In this document: positions 51,890-63,811 of the stretch, one piece after another
Layout: each line of letters starts with the position of its first letter
Numbering within the stretch: the first letter of the stretch is position 1
From: Rhizodiscina lignyota
Lineage: Eukaryota
Reading direction: 5' to 3'
NCBI GenBank assembly: GCA_010015805.1
Contig: ML978123.1
Coordinates: forward strand, 930,001-994,000
Length of the DNA stretch: 64,000 bases
Program-made: the position numbers and the translations under genes
The notes under the pieces: model-generated
Seen by the model: the letters and a program-made list of their open reading frames with translations, nothing else
Database searches by the model: none
Told to the model about the DNA's origin: nothing

Positions 51890-54800
51890 ATGAGCCAGAA
51901 CACTGCCAGGCGGTCTACCTCTCCCACTCCCGATTCCTCTTCCACCCCCGATACCGCAGTTCTCACACCCTCGTCCAGCACACCCAATACTCCGAGAGGC
52001 CGTTCTGGCACCGCAGATCTACAAAGCGTTTCTGAATTGAGCAAGGCAAAAATGGAGAAAGCCAATGCAGAAGAGCCTCCAAATGAAGAGGTCGATGTGA
52101 GCAAGACGGAGGAAGAGAAGAAGGAGAAGGAGAAGGAGCTCAAGGCCAAGGCGGAGAAGGAAAAGGAGGAAAAGGAGGAGACTGCCGCCGGCGCATCATC
52201 GAGCCAGAAGAAAAAGAAGAAGGACTCCAAGTGCAAGAAGCACGCCGACAAGAAGAAGAAGAAGGCGTCCAAGTCCTCGAAGCGCTCCAAACGTCGTTCC
52301 TCTACCTCCGACGACAGCGATTCTGATGTCACCGATGACAGTGACTCCGATTCTGAGTCCGCTGAATCCGACTCTGATTCCTCGTCCTCCGAAGATGAGA
52401 AGGAGAGGGCCAAGAAGAAGCGCAAGGCTCGCGCTAAGCGGAAGGCCGCGCAGAAGAAGAAGAAGGAAAAGGCGAAGAAGCACAAAAAGTCGAAGAAGCA
52501 CGACTCTTCTGACGACTCTTCCTCCTCTGATTCAGACTCCTCTGACGCTGAAACTGAGTCTGACTCTTCCGAAGAAGAGCAGACTTCGAAGAAACGCCGC
52601 TCAGGCACCAAGACGAAGCGCGCGACCGTGAAATATGATACTAGCACTGAAGCAGAGGAGACAACCAATGAAGAGACCTGGGAAGCTGAGGCAGATACTG
52701 CGGCGCGGTTGCAGGAGCAGCTCAATGCGCTGCATCTCGCGATCCAGGCCCGGCAGGTTCGAGCTGCGCGGACCAAAGCGCGTGTGGTTGAGAAGGGCGA
52801 CCCTGTTGTCGTTGTTGAGCGCAGTCGGAGCAGGAAGAAGGGTAAAGATAAGAAGGAAAAGAAGGAAAAGGAAAAGGAAAAGAAGGGTAAAAAGGGAGAT
52901 AGTCTGGAGTTTAAGCGTGTCGATGAGCTCTGGGACAGCAACATCCATGATTGGAAGCTGAGGGAGAGTGCGGAAGAGCAGGAAGATCAATTTGATCAAT
53001 GCGTAAGTTCCAAGGTTCATTTCCTCCGCACCCGGTCTTCTCGACCGCAACACAATTATGCTAATTTATTCTATAGGTCTTCACGGTCCGCCGCCGCTTC
53101 AACTGGGAGAACAAGTACAGAGACACGGTGGTCGACATCAAATCCAAGCTACTCCGTGAAGCGCTTCAAACGATCATGAAGGATGTCAAAAGCGTCTCCC
53201 TCGTGGAAGAAGAGCCCTGCATCGATCCCAATACGCTTTTCCTCTACCTTGAAGAGACGCGCACTTACTACAAGAAGACCATTAAGACCATGATCAAGAA
53301 GACCAAGAAGAAGAAGCTGCTCAAGCGCCTCAAACAGATCCGTGCTCATGTCAAGGTGCTCATGGATTATCTGGATGAGGACTACGGGGAAACGAAGAAG
53401 AAGCTTTATCCGCTTCTCGAGGCCGGAAACATTACGTTCGACTTGCTGTGGGCGCTTTTCAAGCCCAACACTCTAGCCTATACGACCACGTATGGCTCAC
53501 TCGACGATCCGCGCTGCTTCAAGGTCGACTATGCCTACAAGGAGCAGAGCTTCATCCGAGGCGAATGGTACTCCATCGAGGGCAGATACCTTGAGTACGA
53601 CGGCAAGCACTTTGGCCTGGGCGACTTCTCGATCAATGTCGATTCCTTCAAGGGACCTCGCAAGATTACGAGCTTGGCAACTTATCCACTGCAGTACCAC
53701 AAAGAGCCGGAGAAGGTCAAGGAGCAGCTTGTCGAGCGTGGCAAGAAGTTCGTCATGATGCAAGGCATGAATTACAAATTCCATAAAGGTCTTGCCTTTG
53801 TGAAGAAGAAGAAGGCTGTCGCGAAGGTCACCATCAACGGCCGAGTGATGATTGATCCAGCCATCTTCCGCCGCATCAACCCGAACTATCCCATCAGCGT
53901 CATCAAGCCCAAAGAGGCTGGAGAATTGATGTCTGATGACGATGAGGACTGCTCCGAGTGTGGGTGTGACGATTCTAGCGACGAGGCTGCAGGTGGAAAC
54001 GTATATTCTAAAGACAAAGAAGATCAACCGCAGAAGATGGCGTGGAAGATCATCTGGGACAAGGACAACAAGCCGATGTTTGTTCGCGTCCCTGTAGACG
54101 AAGATGGACAGATCATCAAGCCGGAGAAATTGGAACAACTAACGAACGGTGAGGAGAAAGACAACGCAAAGACTCCGCAAGTCTTCTCGGAGGAGGAGCT
54201 TCTGATCGCATCTCCGGTAGTTCTGGGTTTCAGCTTCAAAGAGAAGCTGTGGCTCGAGTTCTCACTTAGCGGGATCAAGGAGATTGACTGGAACGAGGGC
54301 GCATTCGAGAGCCTTGTCCTACCGACTAACCAGAAGAGTATTGTCAAGGCCCTGGTTTCCAGCCACAAGTTCCACGCAGCAGAGACGATCGATGACGTTA
54401 TACAAGGCAAGGGCAAAGGTCTTGTGTTTGTACTCCACGGTCCTCCTGGTGTAGGCAAGACGCTTACCGGCGAGGGCATTGCGGAGATGCTGCGCTGCCC
54501 ACTTTATGCGGTCTCGGCTGGCGAGCTGGGCATGGATCAGCGCAACATTGAGCACGAGCTGCAGAAGATCATGGACATTGCCCACTCATGGGGTGCGGTT
54601 CTCCTCCTGGACGAAGCGGACGTCTTCCTCGAGAAACGTCAGATCCAGGACGTTGGCCGCAACGCCATGGTCTCGATCTTCCTGCGTCTTCTTGAATACT
54701 TCCAGGGGATCCTCTTCCTCACAACAAACCGTGTTGAGACGTTTGACGAGGCATTCCAGAGCAGAATTCACGTTGCGCTGAAGTATGAGGAGCTCGGCCA

Positions 54801-55136
54801 CAAGGCGAAGAAGGAGATTTGGAAGACGTTCTTGGACAAGGTTAAAGAGATGGAAGGCACAGACAAGACGAGCTTCTCAGAGAGGGACTTTGAACAGCTT
54901 GCGAGGAACAACTTGAATGGGCGGCAGGTAAGCATAACGGCACTTATATACCTGCTCTATTGCCTTGCTAACATGGAGAACAGATCAAGAATGCAGTCCG
55001 GACTGCTCAAGCTCTGGCCGTCAACGAGAGGCAGAAGCTGTCGATGGAGCACATCGAACGCGTGCTCGCCGTTGCCGAGAGTTTCGATCGCGACATGAGG
55101 GGCTTGACGCCCGATGCGATGAAGCAATATCTCTGA
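51890..55136 (+). CDS. Fungal AAA+ ATPase with Lys/Ser/Asp-rich N-terminus
   Basis: ITFDLLWALF domain, Walker A GPPGVGKT, Walker B LLLDEAD, TTNR, SRIH, LNGRQIKN. Introns 53003-53076 and 54928-54983. Confidence 0.9.
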
Positions 55137-55559
55137 TCGGAATCTCTTATTATTTCAGTGTTTCTCGTTATCCAACTGTGGTAGCCAGGGCTTATTCTTA
55201 AACGAGACACGAGAAACGCGGCGACGATTATTATGCTAGAGCGCAGATACCTTGAGTTGGACTTTCGGGACTTCTTTTTATCCTTAACTTGGTGTCTGAT
55301 AATGGGATGGAAGAAGCTTCAAAGGGCGTGAGCCAGATGGATTTTGGCCGTCACGAGTTCATCGCAAGGGAACTTGGCTGCTTTGGTGTTGGATTTTGAG
55401 ATCCATTAATGGATTTGCTCAGCTTCTGTGCAAATATTCGACTCTCCCCTCCCATTAGCCAACCAAATTGGATCCTCTTGGCACAACATAGTAGACATAT
55501 GCGCTCTAATATGTCGTAGATTGCTTCAATGCTTTTATTGCTCTTTGATATTGCTTACC

Positions 55560-56858
55560 CTACTCTGGGCCAACTTTACCCTTGCCTTTCGACCAATCCT
55601 CCAAGACGCCAACTCCATAATCTCCGCGGTTCGGTAGCCTTTGAATCGTGTGGATGTGGTACTTCTTTGGGTACACGTTGCTCAACCACACTCCATTATG
55701 GTGGTCAAACTCGTCCATCACCACAGGCCCATGAACTCGAAAGTAAAACGGTGTCTCATCATTCACCGGCCCAATCCATCCAAAGTACGTCTCATCCAAA
55801 TGCTTCTCCACTCGAGCCACGAAACGTTCCAACGCTGCCGAAGGGAGTAAGTCGTTGAATATGCGCACGATGCCTAGTAGATCCAGCCGTTGCTGAGCTG
55901 TCATTTCAGCCGCACAAAGGCCATCGTATGGAATCACACGATTGTCCTGGAATGCGCCACCTAGGCCGCGTAGGTCTGCTGGGTTCCAGCGTCCCGGCTG
56001 CATCGTGCTACCGTCGATGTCATTGATGTCGCCTTGCAGCGTTGCCTTCTTTTGCTGTTCTGGACTTAAGCTCTTCATAAATGCAAGACCTGCAGCTTCC
56101 TCCTTCTTTAGCACCGCGATGTCCTTGTGCTGGCCTTCGTCGATGACATTCGGCTCAGCACCGACGAAAAACGGACCGACGACTATGTCTCCGGCTACAG
56201 TCAGCACGTTGATGCACATATGGTGGCCGAAGAGATTGAAACCCCATGGCTCGGTGAGCGAGGGAGTGCCGAAGAGGCAGAAGTGGTATGAGTTCTTGTT
56301 CATGACGTTATGCAGCGTAGTCAGCTCGCCCAGGAAGTGGTTCGTGTACACGGCAGCCGTCAGCTTCTCAAACCCCTCGGAAGAGAGTGAGGCTTTGAGG
56401 AGATCCAATGCAGCAGCTCGAGCCTCTGGAGAGAGCTCATCAAGTCGCATACCACTGTCGACGATGATCACTTCAGGGTTCGACCAGGACCGCCATTCCC
56501 GGGCATTGATAGGATAGCAGATCTTCTCTTTCTCTTCCTTCGATGCAACTTCTAGTAGCTTATTTGCTGCTGAGACCATTCCTTCGGTTGGCCCATTCGG
56601 GTCCGGCTGATGCTGATATAAATTTGGGACGACATTGCCGTCTGTGGTGAAGCCTTTGTACGGCTGCTCGTACAGCTTCAGCCAGCCTTTTGCAACATCT
56701 GTAAGGAAGATGTCTGGATTTCCCAAAACCGCTTTTGCATGTGTCCGAGGATCTCGATCACGTGGAGATAGACGCGGATGGTCTAGCGGGATGAGATAGT
56801 CGCGAAAGTTGCCTGAAGACTCCGCTGATGGAGGAATCGGTGCGTTTACCCAGGCCAT
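55560..56858 (-). CDS. DUF3500 family protein
   Basis: WSNPE, GMRLDEL, FGTPS, FGHH, FYFRVHGP, EFDHH, HIHT..PNRGDYG. Intronless. Confidence 0.85.
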   Translation of the reverse strand: MAWVNAPIPPSAESSGNFRDYLIPLDHPRLSPRDRDPRTHAKAVLGNPDIFLTDVAKGWLKLYEQPYKGFTTDGNVVPNLYQHQPDPNGPTEGMVSAANKLLEVASKEEKEKICYPINAREWRSWSNPEVIIVDSGMRLDELSPEARAAALDLLKASLSSEGFEKLTAAVYTNHFLGELTTLHNVMNKNSYHFCLFGTPSLTEPWGFNLFGHHMCINVLTVAGDIVVGPFFVGAEPNVIDEGQHKDIAVLKKEEAAGLAFMKSLSPEQQKKATLQGDINDIDGSTMQPGRWNPADLRGLGGAFQDNRVIPYDGLCAAEMTAQQRLDLLGIVRIFNDLLPSAALERFVARVEKHLDETYFGWIGPVNDETPFYFRVHGPVVMDEFDHHNGVWLSNVYPKKYHIHTIQRLPNRGDYGVGVLEDWSKGKGKVGPE

Positions 56859-57468
56859 ATTTTAGACACGCTCCGGACAAGAAGCACAATGGACAAATTT
56901 CGAGAACTGAATATATTGACAAAGAATAGGAAGTCTTTACTTAGCTATATATTGAATATAATTGTGCCGCTGATCGGGCGGATGGGTCGAGAAGTGGTCG
57001 GGCAGAGGTGAGGTCGGGAGTTGAAGTCGGAAGAGCCGACGTCAGAGACGTCTGCATTTCTTCGTTTCGACCTTCTTTCCGGAGCGTTATCACCCGCACT
57101 ATTCCAATATGGCAAGCAATTCGTTTCATGGTTCATAGCGGACCGAGCACCAAGCGGTGAACGACTTTGAACTGCAGGAATGACGCCGTTGAGCTGTGGC
57201 TATCGCTCCACAGCGTGGCGCAGCTCCTCTGCGGCGTGCCCGTGAGCTCGTATAGCACCTCAGCTACACCATGTGCGCGCGCAAAAGTGACAGTTTCAGC
57301 TAGCTGATCATGGGATGCGCCTGAACTTCTCTTATAACTTCTCTCATCTACAGATACACCAAATACGTTCCTAAGTCTCAACACGTTCCAGTCGCAAGCT
57401 CCGACTTCTTTGCAGTTCTTCGTAGAGGCCTTTGCAGTTGTTCGATACCCCTCATTCAGCTCGGAGAC

Positions 57469-58359
57469 ATGTCTAACCAGGATTATTATGGTGGTGGACA
57501 GCAGAATCAGAGTGGATATGATCAGAATTACGGCCAACATCATCAAGGAGCTCCGCCGCAGAATTACACTCCTCAAGAAGGGCAGTACGGAAGCAGTTCA
57601 TATCCTCCGCAGGTTCGCATTCTTCAAATCTTTCTGGAAAGTACTTATAAGCTGAATGGGAACGTATAGGGCGGCTATCCTCCACCTTACAACCAAGGCT
57701 ACAGTTCCCCCCCTCCATCGAATCAGAGTTATGGCTCTGCGCCGCCGCCGCAAGCCTACGGTAACCAAGGTTACGCACAGCCATCGGCTGAAGAGAATCG
57801 AGGTCAATATGGCAGCGAATATCCAGCACAACAACAGTACGGAGCAGGACAATACGGAGCAGGACAGTACGGAGCAGGACAGTACGGAGCACCGCCTCCA
57901 GGACAACCCGGCGCACCAGGCGGTCCTGAGGGACCTGAAGGTGACCGTGGCCTAGGAGCTACTTTGGTAGGTGGAGGAGCAGCTGGATGGGCTGCCCACG
58001 CTGCCGGCGGAGGCATCTTGGGCGCTGGTGCTGCTGCCGTCGCTGGGGCAATTGGTGCAAATATGATCGAGAACCAGTTCGAGAAGTATGACTTGAGTTC
58101 TACTAGGTCATAAAATGCTTGAAACTAACGTGATGCCAGGCATAAGAAGCACAAGAAGCACGAGCATGAAGAGGAATCTCACCACCACGGCTCGCACCAC
58201 GGCTCACACCACGGCTCACACCACAGCAGTTACTCGGGTTCTGCTGCCATGGGCGGGCTCTACGAACGGAAGGAAAAGAGGCGTGAAAAGCGTGAAGAAC
58301 GCCATCACCGACGCCGGGGGAGTCATTCCAGCTCCAGTTCCAGCAGCAGTAGTGACTGA
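57469..58359 (+). CDS. Q/Y/G/P-rich protein with glycine-zipper hairpin and His/Lys-rich tail
   Basis: Three exons (introns 57613-57669 and 58086-58139) read through in frame: QYGAG x4, DRGLGATLVGGGAAG..GAIGAN, HHGS x3. The ORF track does not show it as one ORF. Confidence 0.85.
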
Positions 58360-58531
58360 GTGTGACGTCTGTTTGGCGACTGGTGAATATTTTCATCCTG
58401 GGAAGGGTTTTGGACACTTTTCTTTGCATCCAAACACTCGCTCTCCTAACCACGAAGTCATGAAATTCAGTCTATTAGACATGCGCTCTAGCTTATGGGA
58501 ATCTGGAGGATTTTACACTCGACACTATTTG

Positions 58532-58965
58532 TCATTTTGCCTCAAGGAGACCAGGCAGGTTTTCCTTAATATACGCAACGACTGCGTCTGGGCCCTCTTT
58601 TACTTGCAGCCCTTGCGGGATCGCGAAAGTCTTGAGCTGCGGTCCTACAATGTCTCGAGCCATCTCCTGAATCTTCTGAGACTCCTCTGGTGTCCACATC
58701 GAGGCAGTGAAAAGCAGATCCGGCATATGCTGCTTCACCACTGTAGTAACATCTTCGAGTTCTATGCGAACCATTAGCCAAGTCCCACACGTAATGATAG
58801 TGGTATACAGGGTCCGAGAGACGAACTTTCCGCATTGGCAACATGGATAATTATATATTTCTCTTTCACATCCTCCACCATGCGCCCAATGAGTCGCTTT
58901 GCACGTTCAGGGACCGTATTAACGCTGACAAGTTTGAACGGCCCTAATGGATAAGAAGATGCCAT
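58532..58965 (-). CDS. Small uncharacterised protein
   Basis: GPFKLVSVNTVPERAKRLIGR joined by intron 58762-58826 to PDLLFTASMWT..AIPQGLQV..GPDAVV. Confidence 0.75.
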
Positions 58966-59371
58966 GAGGATTAGAAATGCGGCGCAATAGTAGCAGAAGG
59001 CGTGCTTGAAAGGGACACCGCGCAGAAGTCCGCTTAACACCGACTAAATAGATCTTGTTCCAGTTTAAAGGACAAAGTGCAGTTCAAATTGACACAAAAA
59101 TATATAATAAGTCTAAGTACGAACGCAACTTTGAATATACCAGGTCCTATCACGTAATACGCATGCCGTGAGTTTCTACCGACTGCAATATCGCCGACCC
59201 ACTTTGTGAAGCCAGCCGTTGCGTTGTCGGGGCTAGATTGCTCGCCGAAAACAGACGTGCGGCAAATCCAACAAAATTTATTTCTGGACACTCGAAACGG
59301 AAACACAACTTCCAGCTTCGGTCAACGCCAGGGGTATCCGACTCTATCACAAATTTGGACACTTCAAGAGC

Positions 59372-62278
59372 ATGGCAGACGCATTATTGACTTACTTTCG
59401 GGGCACATTGCCGCCTGCACTTGCCGAGTCACTGCAGGAACCTCTTCAGGCCCTCGAAAATGGCGACTTCGAAAAGATTTTTAAACTCTCGCTCACGCGA
59501 AGACTGCTGGGTCATGAGGATGAGGATGATGACGGGCCGCAAAGGACCGAGTTAGATGACTTTCCCACGTGGAGCGATTTGGTCTTCCACCGTCTCGGTT
59601 TACTCCTTGCGCGACGAGAGACTCATCAAAATGAAGATATCCAGAGCACGCCTGCCTATCGGTCACATCTTCTCTTCATCATTGCGTTGGCCTCAATATC
59701 ATCCTTCCAACAGTCCAATGTAACGGGACCGCCCCTGCCCTTCTCTTCGTCCAAGGTCCTGTTCCCTCGAGATATATCCTCCGACGATGGAAAGGTTTCA
59801 GTTCTGCGCAAAAAGCTTATCACCTCACTCAGTGCGGACGGAGAAGCGGCGTATTTGCTCATCCCAAATGTTGAGCTCTTCGTACTTGCAGATACCATTT
59901 TGGACTTCCCATCGGTCAGGAAGAGCGTCATCCCTGCCGCATGGGGCAGATTGAGAGCCGATTTCCTGCACCAGAGACTTCTAAATGAAGTTACTCCGTC
60001 CCTTCAAGACGCCATTTACAAGAGCTTGGATGATGTACGGCAAATTTTGCAAGGGGTCAAAGGCCCGGAAGGCGCCGGAGAGAAGACTGGTGCATATGTT
60101 GCGTTTCTACTTGAGAGGGCTGCGATACATACGCATCACGGCTTGGACAAGAAGGCCAGAGAGGATCTTGACGAAGCAGCTAACTTAAGAGGGTTTCAAT
60201 TTGCGTTGACCGGGTTGCTTGGAAAGCGCACGAAATATCAGGACAGGGATATCAGCCAGCTCGTTGTCCTTGCTCAGAGTGCAGATGCCCCTACACCCTC
60301 AGGAGCCGTCGAAAATAATAGCTCCAGCCCTTCAGAAGAGCAGCTGAAGCCTAAAACCCTTGATTTAAATGACGACACCCTGCTGGAATCAATCTCATTC
60401 GCAGAAAAGCCTCACTCATCGACCGAAATTCAGGAAAAAGATTCCTTACCCCCGGCACTTAAATCTCTCGACCCTTCTAATCAGCCAAAGCTGGAGCCTT
60501 TAGATTCTATCATCCTTCTCTCTCTCGCTTCATCTATCAAGAACACTTCCCCTGAAGATGGTCTTACGAGAGAAGAGACACTTCCGTATGCAACTCGAGT
60601 GCTTGAAGGCGGAAGCTCGAACTGGCAAATATACACGCAAGCACTACTTGTCCGTAGCCGCATCGAAGGCTACAAGACTCGAACAGTGGAACGGGGCCTA
60701 TTGCAATTACAGGCCTTGGTTGATCAGATCATTGCGGAGACCGGTAGTGCAGAGTCAACAGATCAAAAGCAAGAGCCATCCACCACGTTCCTCCCGCGCG
60801 CTAAGGATGCTGAATCTGCTCCGGTACAGGAGAGGCTTATGTATCTTCCCGAGCTCGCATCGCCGTCTAGATGGGAGCTAGAAGCCGAACTTGCAGCGCG
60901 CTGGGTTACCATGGGTGGTTTAAGAACAGCGCTGGAGATCTACGAGAGACTTCAGATGTGGGCGGAGGTGGCGCTTTGCTGGGCCGCAACGGAGCGAGAC
61001 GATAAAGCTAGAAGTGTTGTGCGGCGGCAGCTCTTCCATTCGACGAACAGCAACAACGCCGAAGTCGAGAACTTGGAGGATGAAAAATGGGAGGGTAGCC
61101 CACGAGAACCGGCACCGTCAGATGCTCCAAGACTGTATTGCATTCTGGGAGACATCGATCAGGATACAGCAATGTACGAGAAAGCTTGGGAAGTATCAGG
61201 TCACCGATACGCACGAGCTCAGAGATCTCTCGGAAGGCATTACTTTGCAAAGAAGCAGTACAAAGAATCTGCAGAGGCCTACGAGAAATCGCTGAAAGCT
61301 AATCAGCTCAATGGTGCGAGCTGGTTCGCTTTAGGCTGCGCGCTTCTCGAGCTCGCTGAGTTCGATCGGGCAGTCGAGGCATTCACTCGGACAGTCCAAC
61401 TCGATGACACTGATGCAGAAGCGTGGAGTAATCTCGCCGCTGCGTTGCTCAGTATTGACAGAAAAGCAGCTCGCGATACGTCCAATGGCATGACAGCGAT
61501 TGATATTCAAGAGCCGCCTGTTCTTGATGACGAAGAGCCGGATTCCGCAGATGTACAATCACTATCGAGTGCAGACAAACGGCAGCAACGCCTCAAAGAT
61601 GCCTTGAACGCGCTCAAACAAGCCTCTCGACTCAAATTCGACAACTTCCGCATCCTCGACAATCTCGTCACAGTCGCAGCGTCTACCATTCCACCCTCAT
61701 ACAATGACGTAGTCTCAGCGCAGAGCCGTCTGATAGATTTGCGTGGTCCCACAGAAGGCGAGAAGTGTATCGACGCAGACATTCTCGAGCTCTTGGTCCG
61801 ACATGTCATCGAATTAGATACCGAGAGTGAGGGCTACGAGCCCAGCAAGCCCGGGCTGACTAGGATGGTCGTCGAGATGGTAGACAAAAAAGTCGTTCCT
61901 CTCATCACCGCATCTGCACGCCTCTGGCGCATCGTGGCTCGTCTAGCGCTCTGGCGCCGCAAACCTTCGGCCGCGCTTGACGCACATGAGAAAGCATGGC
62001 GCGCGGTCGTAAGTCAACCGGGGTGGGAGTATGGGGCTGAGGAGCAGTGGAATGGTGTGGTGGATGCTACTGTTGAGTTAGTCGATGCATATGAAAGTTT
62101 GGGGAGCATGGAGAGGACCGAAGGGCTCGCCGCCGGGAGCGGAGAGGTGGTGATGAAGGATTGGAAATTCAAGGCACGGAGTGCAGTTAGAGGGATCATG
62201 GGCAGGGGGAAAGGGAGTTGGGAGGACACAGATGGGTGGGAACGATTGAAAGATGCATTGGAGCAGTTAAAAGGCTAG
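59372..62278 (+). CDS. EMW1: TPR protein EMW1/TTC27
   Basis: FQQSNVTGP, LTGLLGKRTKYQ, LNDDTLLE, NWQIYTQALLVRS and TPR repeats (EAWSNLA). Confidence 0.88.
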   Translation: MADALLTYFRGTLPPALAESLQEPLQALENGDFEKIFKLSLTRRLLGHEDEDDDGPQRTELDDFPTWSDLVFHRLGLLLARRETHQNEDIQSTPAYRSHLLFIIALASISSFQQSNVTGPPLPFSSSKVLFPRDISSDDGKVSVLRKKLITSLSADGEAAYLLIPNVELFVLADTILDFPSVRKSVIPAAWGRLRADFLHQRLLNEVTPSLQDAIYKSLDDVRQILQGVKGPEGAGEKTGAYVAFLLERAAIHTHHGLDKKAREDLDEAANLRGFQFALTGLLGKRTKYQDRDISQLVVLAQSADAPTPSGAVENNSSSPSEEQLKPKTLDLNDDTLLESISFAEKPHSSTEIQEKDSLPPALKSLDPSNQPKLEPLDSIILLSLASSIKNTSPEDGLTREETLPYATRVLEGGSSNWQIYTQALLVRSRIEGYKTRTVERGLLQLQALVDQIIAETGSAESTDQKQEPSTTFLPRAKDAESAPVQERLMYLPELASPSRWELEAELAARWVTMGGLRTALEIYERLQMWAEVALCWAATERDDKARSVVRRQLFHSTNSNNAEVENLEDEKWEGSPREPAPSDAPRLYCILGDIDQDTAMYEKAWEVSGHRYARAQRSLGRHYFAKKQYKESAEAYEKSLKANQLNGASWFALGCALLELAEFDRAVEAFTRTVQLDDTDAEAWSNLAAALLSIDRKAARDTSNGMTAIDIQEPPVLDDEEPDSADVQSLSSADKRQQRLKDALNALKQASRLKFDNFRILDNLVTVAASTIPPSYNDVVSAQSRLIDLRGPTEGEKCIDADILELLVRHVIELDTESEGYEPSKPGLTRMVVEMVDKKVVPLITASARLWRIVARLALWRRKPSAALDAHEKAWRAVVSQPGWEYGAEEQWNGVVDATVELVDAYESLGSMERTEGLAAGSGEVVMKDWKFKARSAVRGIMGRGKGSWEDTDGWERLKDALEQLKG

Positions 62279-62989
62279 TTCTGGAAACCATGGCGGGAGG
62301 TATCGGCTTCGAGCGCATAACGTTGGTAATGGACTCGCAGTTTGGGCGTCCGAAAAGTAAAGATTCTGACGTGTTCAAGTATTTTAGTGCATAATTTGCG
62401 GAGTTTGCGGAGAGTTTTCGTGATGCTGAACTGTCGTGGAACTGCAGCGTTTGGGTTGAGCAGAAGAGCATGACACACTGCTCAGGAGCATAATCAAATC
62501 AACGACGCTCATGAAAGGTACGTTCGCATGTCTATGCATGGGCATCCATGGGCATGTGACGCAAACGCCAAGACCACGGGAATGTCAATCTGTGATTGCA
62601 TCGCCTTGGGGATGGGTAATCTGGGATCGATCAAAAGACATCATCGCAATTCTGAACTGTGCTTACCTTATACGGCATAGCGACCGCCCCTCTCCGCACT
62701 TGCAGGGGTCCGAAGACCCTGTGGCGTCGATCACCCCCACAGAACGTCATCTTACAGTTGCACGGCACCACACAGCCCTTGCATTGGTACGCAGCGTTAT
62801 TAAAGAGGCAACTACCATTGGCACTCCCCGTACTACCCTGACTATCATACCCACTACATATATTCTTCCTCTCTTCTCTGCTTCTTATCTGGCCAATTCC
62901 AATATCTTCTCTCACATTCTCACGAAAACTTCGAATCCTGATCTTGAACTTGAACTTTCACATCCACAAATAATCAAAACACCGACAAC

Positions 62990-63580
62990 ATGAGCGCCCT
63001 CGCACCCCCTGACTACGACGACCTCCCATACACGCCAAATACCCGCTCTGAAGTTGAAGCAGCATTCGCGTCGAATACGCTCACGCAGACTGCTTCAGCG
63101 GGCCAGGCTCCGCCGTACAAATTCCAAGATCCATCATCTCCGGTGACGGGACGACCAAGCCTACAGAGCCGCTCCAGTAACAATTACATCGACGCCACCA
63201 CCACGGCAGCCACCAAGAGCACTGCGAGCCCACCCGCCACACTTGCCCCACGTCCCAAGGGTATTCCCATGCCCGTGTCTCCTAGCGCCGAGGACCTGGC
63301 AGCGCAGAATGCTGCTGCAGAAGCGGCGTTCCTTGCAGAACAGGCAGCTGCGAAACGATCGAGTGTCGATATGAAGAGCGATAGCATTGCCAGAGTGCTG
63401 AGCCCGGAGAGTGGAAACGAGGTAAAGGCCGGCAGTCCAAGGATGTTGAAGGTGCACGGGAGACAACAGAGCTGGAATAAGGAGGACATGAAGAGGATGA
63501 TGCAGGAGCCATTGATGAAAGAGGATGGCGGTCCCATTCAAGGGTACTCTGGCAAAGGAGGAGGTGTGACAGGCTTCTGA
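62990..63580 (+). CDS. Hypothetical low-complexity protein
   Basis: 196-aa ATG ORF in good start context; S/T/P/A-rich with a C-terminal RQQSW..EDMKR motif. Confidence 0.7.
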   Translation: MSALAPPDYDDLPYTPNTRSEVEAAFASNTLTQTASAGQAPPYKFQDPSSPVTGRPSLQSRSSNNYIDATTTAATKSTASPPATLAPRPKGIPMPVSPSAEDLAAQNAAAEAAFLAEQAAAKRSSVDMKSDSIARVLSPESGNEVKAGSPRMLKVHGRQQSWNKEDMKRMMQEPLMKEDGGPIQGYSGKGGGVTGF

Positions 63581-63811
63581 ACAGGTGGAAGAGGAGCTTG
63601 GTGATGACCAGGAAGTAGAGTGAGAGATGCTGAGAATGTCTAATCGAGCACGGTACGATTGGCTTCGAACAAGAGACAGGGGTGAGTCTAATTGAGATTT
63701 ACGTATCCATGAGGGATGAGGAGTGGGGGACTAAGAAAAGCAAAAGGCAAAAAAAGCCTATTGGCATAACGCTCTCAACATTGCCTCATGACAACCGAAT
63801 ACTCTTAGTAT

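Noticed and set aside
51742..52944. 400-aa minus-strand Phe/Ser-rich ORF
   Set aside because: Antisense reading of the Lys/Glu-rich AAA ATPase N-terminus.
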